A DNA stretch of 64,000 bases, from positions 544,001 to 608,000 of the forward strand of contig CAVULX010000003.1 in assembly GCA_963742415.1 (NCBI GenBank), written 5' to 3'. Made by a program: the position numbers and the translations under genes. Of the stretch, positions 9,270 to 19,952 are shown piece after piece. The notes below the pieces were generated by a model, which worked only from the letters and a program-made list of their open reading frames with translations, searched no databases and was not told the DNA's origin. Source of the stretch: an uncultured Parachlamydiaceae bacterium. GTDB taxonomy: Bacteria > Chlamydiota > Chlamydiia > Chlamydiales > Parachlamydiaceae. Positions within the stretch are counted from its first letter, which is position 1. Each line of letters starts with the position of its first letter.

Positions 9270-10583
9270 ATGCCTTCATGCTTGAGAACCCTTTCTGTTG
9301 GTGCTCGCCATTCCCCCCTTTCACAAGCCCAAGCGAAGGAAGTGTTGGATGAATTAAAAATTTACCATCCAAACGTGGATTTCTATTTTCATTTTATCCC
9401 TGCTCATGGGGATCGAGATCTTAAAACATCTTTGAGAACTTTGAGTAAAACCGATTTTTTTACTCGAGAGATCGATCAAATGATTCTGAATGGAGATTGT
9501 CGTCTGGGCATCCACTCTGCCAAAGACTTGCCCGATCCCCTGCCTGAAGGGATAGCGGTAGTTGCGCTGACGAAAGGAATCGACCCTTCCGACTCTTTGG
9601 TGATGCGTGAAGGGCAGACTTTGCACTTGCTCCCTTCAGATGCTGTCATCGCTACATCTTCGGAAAGGCGGGAGGAGGTGGTCAAATCGATCCGTTCCGA
9701 TTTACGGTTTGTCGATATTAGAGGGAACATTGGGCAACGGCTGGCCAGGTTGGAAAGCAAGGAAGTAGATGGTGTTGTCGTTGCAGAAGCGGCTTTGATC
9801 AGGTTGGGATTAATCCATTTGAACCGGATGGCTTTGCCTGGGCCAGCAGCTCAATATCAAGGACAGCTTGCTGTGACGGCCCATGCCGAAGATGGTGAAA
9901 TGGATGCCTTGTTTTCCTGCATCGACTCAAGGCCTGTTTCGTTGCATGTAGGATTGGAATCTCCCCCTCCATGCATTGATAAAAGGTTTCTCCATCGACC
10001 TTTGATTAAAATTCAGCCCAGGGAACCCACATCAGAAGACATCTTGCATGCTTTTCAAGCATTAGCCGATTACACCCATTTTATTTTTACCAGCAAAAGC
10101 GCGGTAAGAATATTTTTCGATTATTTTAAAGCACTTGGCTGCCGCAAAGATGTTCTCGACAACAAATGCATCATAGCTGTGGGACAGGCTACAGCCGGTT
10201 GCTTGCGCAGTAATGAGGTTCAGGTTAACATAACCGCCAAAAAGGAACAGGCGGAAGGGATTATCGAAGAGCTGGAGGGCGTTGATTTGACTCGAGCCCA
10301 TATTTTTTGGCCCCATTCTGCTTTGTCGCGTCCCATTTTAGCCGATTACTTTCATCGCCGTGCGGTTAAATATACGGAATGTGTGCTTTATGATACGATC
10401 CCTTCCGATCTTGATCTTTCTGTTGATTTTCAGAGTGTTGATGAGATTATATTTACAAGTCCATCGACGGTGGATGCTTTTCTCGTAAGATTCAAAGAGA
10501 TCCCAGCCGATAAGCGGCTGATCTGCAAAGGCTCTATCACAGAGCAATACCTTGCTAACAAATTCAATTCACCATCCTGCTGA
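9270..10583 (+). CDS. hemC: Hydroxymethylbilane synthase - uroporphyrinogen-III synthase fusion (HemC-HemD)
   Basis: 'GARHSPLSQAQ', 'HSAKDLP', 'TSSERR', 'IRGNI..RL', then HemD motifs 'FTSKSAV', 'AVGQATA', 'FTSPSTV'. Confidence 0.9.
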   Translation: MPSCLRTLSVGARHSPLSQAQAKEVLDELKIYHPNVDFYFHFIPAHGDRDLKTSLRTLSKTDFFTREIDQMILNGDCRLGIHSAKDLPDPLPEGIAVVALTKGIDPSDSLVMREGQTLHLLPSDAVIATSSERREEVVKSIRSDLRFVDIRGNIGQRLARLESKEVDGVVVAEAALIRLGLIHLNRMALPGPAAQYQGQLAVTAHAEDGEMDALFSCIDSRPVSLHVGLESPPPCIDKRFLHRPLIKIQPREPTSEDILHAFQALADYTHFIFTSKSAVRIFFDYFKALGCRKDVLDNKCIIAVGQATAGCLRSNEVQVNITAKKEQAEGIIEELEGVDLTRAHIFWPHSALSRPILADYFHRRAVKYTECVLYDTIPSDLDLSVDFQSVDEIIFTSPSTVDAFLVRFKEIPADKRLICKGSITEQYLANKFNSPSC

Positions 10584-10584
10584 C

Positions 10585-10858
10585 AAATTCAATTCACCAC
10601 AGAGGCAGTGAGATCACTGAGGAGTTGTGAGATCATTGAGAAGATTGTTCTATTGAAAGTGTTTTATCTTTTTTAATAACCTGAGTTTATTCCCGAAGGG
10701 AATTTTTTTTGATTGAGAAACGTCCAAAATTACCTGAGTTTTGGGTTTTTCTCCTCTATTTGTAAAAAGTTCAAATTACCATCGATTAATTTTTATCATC
10801 CTCTCAATGATCTCATAACTCCTCAGTGATCTCCCTGCCTCTGTGGTGAATTGAATTT
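10585..10858. repeat. Palindromic element family D (CACCACAGAG arms) with internal insert
   Basis: ~60-bp arms aaattcaattcaccacagaggcagtgagatcactgaggag... and their reverse complement; lies between convergent hemCD and brnQ. Confidence 0.85.
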
Positions 10859-10892
10859 TACAATTGTTCTGTGGTGAAAAATGAAGCAACAG

Positions 10893-12038
10893 TTAAATCC
10901 AGCACAATTTGGCTATTAAAGCCACTGTAAAGGGCCAATGGGTCGATTTAACACCAACAAATTTAAAGGCAATGTTGACGATCGTTAAAGTGATCAACGC
11001 GGGATAAGTGGTTTCCAACACAGGTCCAAGAAATTTGGCGATCCCGGCAAAGTCGAATGTAGAGACTATAAATCCAATTCCTAAAGTAATCAAAAGGGCT
11101 TGTTTATTTCCGATTTTATCCTGGGCGGCTTCACAACGAAGGAAATCGGCAAAAAGGGAAGTGAGCACAACCGCTGTCGTTAAGCAGGCAAAGATCACCG
11201 CTAGGCATATGCATGGAGCGGCAATGGGTCCCAACGATTCCATTGCAATGACTCCGAGCATTTCTTGCGGAGGGACATCTTTCAATAAAGGGGCGTAGAA
11301 GGAGCCCAACAAGGTTAGAGCTAGATAAACGATAGACAAAATACTTGCTCCAATGAAGGAAGCCTTATAAAAATGTTTGAGCAAAGAGGGAGTTTCTGAA
11401 TTAGAGCCTAGTTTATCATGGAGATGCTTGATGATGAATTGGGAAAAGAAAAAGGCGGCGATCAGGTCCATTGTTTGGTAGCCTTGAAAAAAACCTGTTT
11501 GCAAGGCCTTCCAACCCGTGGAAGTGATTGTTTCCTGAAAGGAAAAACCTTGTTTCAATCCAAAAAAGGCAATGAGGGCGATGGAACCGAGCAAAAACGG
11601 GGTGAGTACAGTTCCTAACATCGAGACGATTTTATTTTTATTGATCGTTAAAAAGTAGATGAGGGTGCATAACATGAAACTTGTCAAAGGAAGGGAAACT
11701 GAAGGCCATAATAACAATAAGGCGCCGTGGGCTACGGTCAAGCAGCGTGCGAGCACGCCAAAGGGACCCATTAAGGCAAGTGCTAAGAAAGAAAATAGAA
11801 AAGTTCCTTTTCGGCCAAAGCAGCTGAAAAAGTTGTATATGTTCCCTTTATAAAGCATCATCCCTAACACACCAAGAAAGGGAACTATAACCCCAGTAAA
11901 GATAAAACCGAGGATGGCGTAGAGATAGTGCCCCCCGCTTTGTTGTCCTGCCATGATGGGAAAAACGAGATTTCCCGACCCAAAAAACATCGAAAATAGG
12001 GCAAATCCTGTGCTTGCCGCAAGCTTATTATTTTTCAT
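10893..12038 (-). CDS. brnQ: Branched-chain amino acid transporter BrnQ
   Basis: 'GFALFSMFFGSGNLVFP', 'GYQTMDLIAAFFF', 'ACLTTA'. Confidence 0.95.
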   Translation of the reverse strand: MKNNKLAASTGFALFSMFFGSGNLVFPIMAGQQSGGHYLYAILGFIFTGVIVPFLGVLGMMLYKGNIYNFFSCFGRKGTFLFSFLALALMGPFGVLARCLTVAHGALLLLWPSVSLPLTSFMLCTLIYFLTINKNKIVSMLGTVLTPFLLGSIALIAFFGLKQGFSFQETITSTGWKALQTGFFQGYQTMDLIAAFFFSQFIIKHLHDKLGSNSETPSLLKHFYKASFIGASILSIVYLALTLLGSFYAPLLKDVPPQEMLGVIAMESLGPIAAPCICLAVIFACLTTAVVLTSLFADFLRCEAAQDKIGNKQALLITLGIGFIVSTFDFAGIAKFLGPVLETTYPALITLTIVNIAFKFVGVKSTHWPFTVALIAKLCWI

Positions 12039-12071
12039 TTTTATACCTCTTTAAATCTTGACATCCTAAAC

Positions 12072-12106
12072 AAAAAAAAACCGCACCTCTTGCGAGAGTG
12101 CGGTTT
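12072..12106 (-). terminator. Attenuator terminator upstream of brnQ
   Basis: Minus strand ccgcactct-cgca-agaggtgcgg followed by 9 T, 34 nt before the brnQ ATG. Confidence 0.85.
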
Positions 12107-12135
12107 AATACAACCTACAATTAGCCGAAGCCAAA

Positions 12136-12216
12136 TCACATAGGTCCGCACCTCCATTGGGCGTGGATAACAATAATTTGAATGGTAATCATCTCTATGT
12201 GATAAGAACAAAACAT
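12136..12216 (-). CDS. Putative Ile-rich leader peptide of brnQ attenuator (MFCSYHIEMITIQIIVIHAQWRCGPM; alternative start 12192)
   Basis: 6 Ile plus 1 Val within 11 codons; 3' end overlaps the antiterminator segment. Confidence 0.75.
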   Translation of the reverse strand: MFCSYHIEMITIQIIVIHAQWRCGPM

Positions 12217-12248
12217 AAATTCATTTGTTACTTGTAGTTAATTAAAAA

Positions 12249-12278
12249 AATATATCACATCAAGCATTTTTTATGCAA
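12249..12278 (-). promoter_or_regulatory. Putative sigma66/70 promoter for leader-brnQ
   Basis: TTGCAT-18 nt-TATATT with TG extension. Confidence 0.45.
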
Positions 12279-12318
12279 TCAATCTTTTTTGCTTAAAGTA
12301 AAATCTTTTATATTGCCA

Positions 12319-12780
12319 TTACAAATTAGATTTGGACAAAAATTTTTCACATTCAGCCTTGAGCTTTTTTTTGTCCTCAATCATTTGATAGGAAATGGAA
12401 TTTTTTGAGCAATAATCTCTCCATTTTTCATTGATTTTTTGAAATTGTTGATGGGGGGGGTATTCCAAATATTTATAAAATCTCTGATCGCGTTTTACAG
12501 ATTGACAATATAGGTTGATAAGGGATTCATCACCATATTCATTAATATATGTTTTGATATTCATTTGATATTTCCGCGTCACTCCATTTCTTGCTCTCCA
12601 TAACACGTCATCCCGTAGCTCACCTGAAGAGTTCGGAAACTGTTCTTTGACGAAATCATAGACGCGGCTTTCAATTGACTTGACGAGTTTATGGCATTCA
12701 TCATGGATGGCTTTTTCCCCATAACGGAGCCACTCTAACGCCAAATTGCCTTCTCCGCATACATAACATTTTAGTGTCAT
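12319..12780 (-). CDS. Hypothetical protein
   Basis: 153-aa ORF, N-terminal CxxC...HxxC. Confidence 0.6.
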   Translation of the reverse strand: MTLKCYVCGEGNLALEWLRYGEKAIHDECHKLVKSIESRVYDFVKEQFPNSSGELRDDVLWRARNGVTRKYQMNIKTYINEYGDESLINLYCQSVKRDQRFYKYLEYPPHQQFQKINEKWRDYCSKNSISYQMIEDKKKLKAECEKFLSKSNL

Positions 12781-12788
12781 GGCTGATT

Positions 12789-15179
12789 CTATCCTTCTGG
12801 AGACATTTCTGACCCTTTATTGAGGTAGTCAAGTGAAAGGGCGTGCTTTTCTTTCATCCGATTGAGCAGATGGTTCATTAATTGATGTTCGGCGTCTTCA
12901 CTTAGAAGCTGCCGTTCCGCATCGATTTTATTGTTTAGGGCAATTTTATCTTCTTGATGCTCTTTAGAGGCCAATTGGAAGAAGAAGATGTCCCCATTTG
13001 CTGGGGTATGCACCATGCTCCATTCCTCAGGCTTTAAAGAAAATCCTTCTTTTAAATCCAATTGTTGCCCTTTGCTAGCGCGGTCATAGTGAAACACACT
13101 TTTTTCAAATTTCCATTGGTTAGTCAAAGGCTCCCTAGCGGGGAGTTTTTCATTTTCGTTCCCTTCTGTTTTTTGTTTGATAATCGTTTCAATCTTATTT
13201 GGATTCTTTTTCATTTCAGCAAGGATTTGGCGGGCATAGGCGTTAAAACGTAATGATGCGCTTATTTCATTGAGAAGTTGCTTTTGGGGTTTTTCAGGTG
13301 AGATAGAGGCCGTATATTCTTGATAAATAGCTTGCAATAAAGGGGCAAAATAGATTTCTGCGACACGTTCTTTGACATCCGCAAAATTTTTCCAGGTTTT
13401 GTCCTCTTTTTGAAAGTCTTGCGGGTAGTTCTGTTTGATTTGATTGTAGTAGTTTTCCAATTGGGCGTCTAAAAGGGGATCTAGTACACCTTCTTTTTGA
13501 GCTTCTGCAAAAGTCAAAATTTCAGCTGGAGTTCGTTCCAAGACAATGATCCGGTAAAAGGAAGCGTTGTCGGCTGTGAATTTGCTCAAGGAGGGATCTG
13601 GTTCGCCGATTTTTGCATTATCCAACAGGGAAATTAATGTTTGAGGTTTAGTCAAGCCGGCAAAAGGTGTTTTTCCCCCTTTGAGTTTTAGCGCGGCCTC
13701 CGTGCGTATCGCAGGGGCATCGTCCAAAGCTTTGGCCACCCATTCGGGGTGGCTTTCCATCATTTCATTGCGTGCAAAGTCATCGACTTTGGTGCGGGTC
13801 ATATCGTCCAAGCTGTCTAGAGCTTGAAACCTTTGTTCCCTTGTTTCCCCCTTCTTTATACCCAGATCGGGGAATTGTTTGACGAGCTTCGGCCAATTTT
13901 GATCTTCCACTTCCCAATTCCAGGTATCTTTAAGGCTTATTTTGGATTGGAGTGTTTTCTTTTCCACTTGCGCTATATCCAGAAGATAACGCTTTTGAAC
14001 TAGCTCAGGACTTTTTTTTGCGACTTCTTCAACCGAAAGGAATGCCGTAGGCAAGGTTAGAGATTTTTGTTCCCCATTTCGATTTGAAATAGCGTTTAAG
14101 TAAATTTCAAATTTTTGCATGTCTCGAAAATGGTTAAAATGGAATTCCCGCGGCATTCTATAGAGGTCCCCCTCAATGGTTTCTTTCACATATTGATTAA
14201 ACTGTTGGATTGTCATCGGATCGACGAACATGGAAGATCCCATATCGTGGAAAAGGCGGCGGAATAAAAGGACTTTTTGCCAGATGGCAGCGGCTTGGTT
14301 TGGGTCGAGGCGCATATTGTGAAGTTGTTCATTAAAATATTCAGTGCCTGTGGCGACTCCCAAATTGGGACTGTTGAGATTTTGCCTGAAGCTAATCTCG
14401 GAATTGTATTTAAGATCGGCAAGAGCTTCTGCACGCGTCACCTCATAACCTTGCTGCTCTGCGATGATGGCGCTGTTGATAATAAATTCAGAAATGAGCC
14501 GGATAAAGCGGGGTCCGAACCAATCGTCTAAGGTGTGGTAGCCGAACAGTGAAAGATCGGCTCTTTCAAGATTTGGATCTGGGGCAAGCCATGAATATTG
14601 CTTTTGTTGGGATAGGAGTATGTGTCTTAAGAAGGGGGGAGGCATTTTTTGCTGAGCCAAGTAGAGATTCACGCGGAATGCAAGCGATTCGGGTGATGCG
14701 GCAGTGGAACTGGCCCTTAAGGCATCAAAGTTCTTTTTAAGGTCAGGAGCAAAATAATTCCAGGCTGTATCTGCATTTAAAAAATGGGCTTGGGGGTGCA
14801 CATAAGGAACAAACCGTTTTTCTTTGATTAGCTTTTTTTCAATGTCAATATTAATGTCCCCAGGAAATTGGTTGGCCAGCATGAGCCCTAACCCATTCTG
14901 AAGGAAATCTTTCTTGATGACCCCATCATTGAGGAAGTTAGGCCCCCAAGCACCTCCAAAGAAGAGCTTGTCGTCAGCGTCTGTGCTGATAAACATCACC
15001 ATTTGATCTAGCTCTGAACGGGGGATGGGCGTTCCATCAACAGCTGTGAAATCGATTTGCTCCCGATAAGCATCGGTATTGATGGTACTATAAGTTCCAA
15101 AAAATGAGAATGAAATGACTATCACTATCGTGATCACAATGTAAAGATAACGTTGATATCTGCGAAAAAAATCTAACAT
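12789..15179 (-). CDS. Conserved chlamydial membrane-anchored protein, PpiD/SurA-N-like
   Basis: 'MLDFFRRYQR' plus N-terminal TM helix typical of PpiD; large soluble region. Confidence 0.65.
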   Translation of the reverse strand: MLDFFRRYQRYLYIVITIVIVISFSFFGTYSTINTDAYREQIDFTAVDGTPIPRSELDQMVMFISTDADDKLFFGGAWGPNFLNDGVIKKDFLQNGLGLMLANQFPGDINIDIEKKLIKEKRFVPYVHPQAHFLNADTAWNYFAPDLKKNFDALRASSTAASPESLAFRVNLYLAQQKMPPPFLRHILLSQQKQYSWLAPDPNLERADLSLFGYHTLDDWFGPRFIRLISEFIINSAIIAEQQGYEVTRAEALADLKYNSEISFRQNLNSPNLGVATGTEYFNEQLHNMRLDPNQAAAIWQKVLLFRRLFHDMGSSMFVDPMTIQQFNQYVKETIEGDLYRMPREFHFNHFRDMQKFEIYLNAISNRNGEQKSLTLPTAFLSVEEVAKKSPELVQKRYLLDIAQVEKKTLQSKISLKDTWNWEVEDQNWPKLVKQFPDLGIKKGETREQRFQALDSLDDMTRTKVDDFARNEMMESHPEWVAKALDDAPAIRTEAALKLKGGKTPFAGLTKPQTLISLLDNAKIGEPDPSLSKFTADNASFYRIIVLERTPAEILTFAEAQKEGVLDPLLDAQLENYYNQIKQNYPQDFQKEDKTWKNFADVKERVAEIYFAPLLQAIYQEYTASISPEKPQKQLLNEISASLRFNAYARQILAEMKKNPNKIETIIKQKTEGNENEKLPAREPLTNQWKFEKSVFHYDRASKGQQLDLKEGFSLKPEEWSMVHTPANGDIFFFQLASKEHQEDKIALNNKIDAERQLLSEDAEHQLMNHLLNRMKEKHALSLDYLNKGSEMSPEG

Positions 15180-15323
15180 GTAACAAGCTCCATCGAAAGC
15201 TTTGAAAAAATTGAGAGATGTTAATAACCTGAGATAAAATATTATCAAAAGATGAGGTTTCCGACAATCATCATATTATTTCATTAAAAAGTGTGTTTTT
15301 ATAAAGCATATAACGGTTTTAAC

Positions 15324-17009
15324 ATGGCTTTTGGAGAAGAGTGGCCCAAAGATATTGAGAAGGCGCTTCAGGGTGTTTATAAAGCGGTCCAATTGAGCCC
15401 TGAAGATTTGTCTTTATGGGAAAAGTTTGCGGAATTGCTGTTTTTTATGGAGTTTAAACAATTCGATGACCCGCTAAAAAAAGCATTGCAATTGTGTCTA
15501 TCGAAACCGATTTGCAATCCTCAAGACCTTGCGATTGCCGGCATCAGCTTACTTAAGTTAACTCCCGAATTCGACCGGATCATCTATCTATCTTCTCAGA
15601 AAAAAGGGGATATTCTCAGAGAAGAGATCAAGCAAGGGAAACTCCACCCTATATTGAATGATCCCTTGCTTTTGGGTCTGCTGGAAAATACGTTGCTTCC
15701 CGATCGGGCAATAGAATTATGCTTCACTTCATTGCGAAGAGCCCTCCTCGAATTGTACGAACAAGGGATATTCAAGGATATTGCACCTCGCTTAGGGCCA
15801 TTCATGTGTGCGCTTGCTATGCAATGTTATTTTAACGAGTATGTTTTTTCTGTAGCGGAACCCGAAAAAAAGATGATCGAAAAGTTGGGAATAGATTTGA
15901 ATCAAGCGAATGAAAATTCTTATCTTCTCGAGGCTTTGTATGGCTGCTATCAACCGCTAGATACGTTAATGAAGCCGAAAACTGAAGGTTCCAACGATCT
16001 CTACCGCAAATTAATCAAAGCTCAGATTGAGGAACCTTTAGAGGAAGAAAAGCTAAAATCAGAGATCCAAGTTTTCAAAGGATTTCACGATGAGATCTCT
16101 CTAAAAGTTCAAGAGCAATATGAGGCAAATCCCTATCCCCGTTGGAAAAGCTTGCATAGGGCCTGCCCCCTTTCTTGGAATGAATTTATTCGGCAAAAAA
16201 TCCCCTTTTTTCCTGCCATGACACAAAATGTTGAGAGTCGTCCTGCAGTTTTGGTTGCAGGTTGCGGTACAGGACAGCATGCTTTGAATATCGCGCGACA
16301 AATCAAGAACGCCCATGTCGCAGCAATAGACCTGAGTTTGAGCAGTTTAGCTTATGCCTTGCGCAAATCCAAAGAGTGGAACATTCCACAAATGGAGTTC
16401 TATCAAGCCGATATTTTAGAGCTGGGGGATTGGAAAAAGAAGTTCCATTTGATTGAATGTGTAGGGGTCCTTCACCATATGAAAGATCCCCTTGCGGGCT
16501 GGAAGATATTAACACAATTGCTGGAGCCTGAGGGGGTGATGTTGATAGGCCTTTATAGTTCAAGCGCTAGGCAAGATGTCGTAGCTGCAAGAAAGCTCAT
16601 TGCCAAGAAAGGGCTTGAACCTACCCTGGAAGGGATTCGAGCGGCTAGAAATGTGTTGCTCCAGGTTCCTACAAGCGAGCTTGTCTCTCAAGTAACTCTA
16701 ACAAGTGATTTTTATACGGTATCTGGCTGCCGAGATCTCCTTTTTCATGTGCATGAGCACCATTTCAACCTTGAGGATATTGTCCAGATGATTGAAATGC
16801 TCCATTTGGAATTTCTAGGATTTGATTTAAAAAATCCAAAAACCAAGCAAGAGTATCTTCGGAGGTTTCCTGAGGACCCTCAGGCTCTGTCTTTGCGCAA
16901 CTGGAGCCTGTTTGAAAAAGATCATCCCGATGCCTTTGTCGGCATGTATCAATTTTGGTGCATGAAGAAAAACCACAGAGCACCAGTGATCTCTCTGGCT
17001 CCTAAGTAA
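15324..17009 (+). CDS. Class I SAM-dependent methyltransferase with helical N-terminal region
   Basis: 'QYEANPYPRW', 'VLVAGCGTG', 'IECVGVLHH', 'CRDLLFHVHEH', 'GMYQFW'. Confidence 0.85.
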   Translation: MAFGEEWPKDIEKALQGVYKAVQLSPEDLSLWEKFAELLFFMEFKQFDDPLKKALQLCLSKPICNPQDLAIAGISLLKLTPEFDRIIYLSSQKKGDILREEIKQGKLHPILNDPLLLGLLENTLLPDRAIELCFTSLRRALLELYEQGIFKDIAPRLGPFMCALAMQCYFNEYVFSVAEPEKKMIEKLGIDLNQANENSYLLEALYGCYQPLDTLMKPKTEGSNDLYRKLIKAQIEEPLEEEKLKSEIQVFKGFHDEISLKVQEQYEANPYPRWKSLHRACPLSWNEFIRQKIPFFPAMTQNVESRPAVLVAGCGTGQHALNIARQIKNAHVAAIDLSLSSLAYALRKSKEWNIPQMEFYQADILELGDWKKKFHLIECVGVLHHMKDPLAGWKILTQLLEPEGVMLIGLYSSSARQDVVAARKLIAKKGLEPTLEGIRAARNVLLQVPTSELVSQVTLTSDFYTVSGCRDLLFHVHEHHFNLEDIVQMIEMLHLEFLGFDLKNPKTKQEYLRRFPEDPQALSLRNWSLFEKDHPDAFVGMYQFWCMKKNHRAPVISLAPK

Positions 17010-17024
17010 CTAGGCACAGAGAAG

Positions 17025-17156
17025 AAACAGGATATGCAAGATCGTAAACGGCAGGATAAGCAAGATATAGAATAAAGAGTAAGAATATGCGGATATGATT
17101 AAGCTCAGGTTTTTATCTTGCTTATCCTGCCGTTTACGATCTTGCATATCCTGTTT
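17025..17156. repeat. Palindromic element family B (CAGGAT arms), copy 1
   Basis: 43-bp identical inverted arms aaacaggatatgcaagatcgtaaacggcaggataagcaagata; homology to 46690-46873 extends to ~16997. Confidence 0.9.
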
Positions 17157-18051
17157 TTTTTCCGAGGGATTGCCCCATCAGGCACCGTATTTCTCGATGG
17201 GGATGGGATGTCAAATCTTGATCAAGCGCAATAGCACCGGGCTGAAATAGCAGAATCAAAGAGGAAGCTCCAAAAGAGAAATACCCCTTTTCAGCCCCTT
17301 TTGGGTAGGGTATGCAAGGTGTGTACGTCTGATGGATGCTTCCCACGCTGGTGGCCCCGATTTCCATAAACAAGACTTTCCCAAATTTTTTTGTCTCTAA
17401 TTCACAAAGAGTGCGTTTATTTTGGCTGAAAATATGGATATTTTTCTTGATGGCAGCAGGGTTAACAGAATAAAGCCATCCATTGATCAGTTTGGTCTCT
17501 CCAGGGATACAATCACAGGGAAAATGGAAACGGTGATAATCGGAAGGGCAAAGCCGTGCGATCACCATCGTTCCTTGGCTATATTGAGAAGCTAGATTTT
17601 TGTCATCCAACAGAGTCGACAACTCAAACTTTTGACCTTTGACGACAAACCCATCGGCTTGTTCAATGTTTGGATAGAATAGGTAGCGGGCATCGGCTGG
17701 CATGATAGCGGTTTCCTCTCCTCCAGCAAGAGGGCGAGCTTCCGGTTTTAGTTTTCTGATGAAGAAATCGTTGAAGGAGGAAAAACTATCTATAGGTTCA
17801 GCAAATTCTGTTGGATCGACATTGAAGGCTTTGATAAAGGGTCTAATCTTTTTTTTCGACGACCCCCTTTTTTGTAAAGCTCCATAGAGGGAGGAAAAAA
17901 AAAGGGGTTTTGAAATTAGGCGTTGAAAAAAAGTTCCTAGAGAACGGCTCCAGAAGCCATTGCCATACACGAAGCCTAAAGCGGAAGCTTTATAAACTTT
18001 CTCCACTTCCTCTTTGCCTGTCGTTCGCTCGATATAGGTGATAGGGTCCAC
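17134..18051 (-). CDS. psd: Phosphatidylserine decarboxylase proenzyme
   Basis: 'FNDFFIRKLKPEARP', 'MPADAR', 'RLCPSDYHRFHFP', 'KGYFSFGAS'. Confidence 0.95.
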   Translation of the reverse strand: MDPITYIERTTGKEEVEKVYKASALGFVYGNGFWSRSLGTFFQRLISKPLFFSSLYGALQKRGSSKKKIRPFIKAFNVDPTEFAEPIDSFSSFNDFFIRKLKPEARPLAGGEETAIMPADARYLFYPNIEQADGFVVKGQKFELSTLLDDKNLASQYSQGTMVIARLCPSDYHRFHFPCDCIPGETKLINGWLYSVNPAAIKKNIHIFSQNKRTLCELETKKFGKVLFMEIGATSVGSIHQTYTPCIPYPKGAEKGYFSFGASSLILLFQPGAIALDQDLTSHPHREIRCLMGQSLGKKTGYARS

Positions 18052-18063
18052 TTTCTCTCCAGT

Positions 18064-18447
18064 TTACGGTTTGGGGATTCCCCTCTTTGCGGCGGGCTTG
18101 GAGATAAGAGTTAATTCACCCAAAAACGCAGGATCGAAGGAGGGAGTCAAATGGTTTTCTTTGATGGTTTCGAGGATTTTTTTTGCTGATTTTGCCATGA
18201 TAAAAAGATGCTCGTTATCATTTTGCCCTTCTAGATAGCGGGTTTGCAATTCTTGATATTTGAGGATTAAGTCCCGCAATTTAATTTGAATTTCGAGAGA
18301 TTGTTTGGAAGCTTCAATGAGTTGATCGAGCATCATCACTTCATTGGCGATCACATTTTTATTTTCTGGCAAACCAACAGCTTTGATTTCGGCTGAAAAA
18401 GCTTGGCCTAAACAAAAAATGAAAATTAAAATGGATTTTATTTTCAT
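18064..18447 (-). CDS. Hypothetical exported protein
   Basis: Signal peptide, helical, upstream of psd. Confidence 0.7.
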   Translation of the reverse strand: MKIKSILIFIFCLGQAFSAEIKAVGLPENKNVIANEVMMLDQLIEASKQSLEIQIKLRDLILKYQELQTRYLEGQNDNEHLFIMAKSAKKILETIKENHLTPSFDPAFLGELTLISKPAAKRGIPKP

Positions 18448-18588
18448 ATTCCATCCGTTTTATTTTAAATATTTTGCCTAAGTTTACTAAAAGTAAGCAC
18501 TTCCCTTCAACAAGATAATGAGAAGCTGTTGATCTCTCTCACTATTCTAATTGTCGATAATGGGAGAAACCCCTATTTTAATTAATAA

Positions 18589-19932
<1,344 letters not shown>

Positions 19933-19952
19933 TAATCACGTTTGGAGGGATT

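Noticed and set aside
12060..12240. T-box riboswitch upstream of brnQ
   Set aside because: No UGGNACC T-box motif or stem I; the leader-peptide model fits the sequence.
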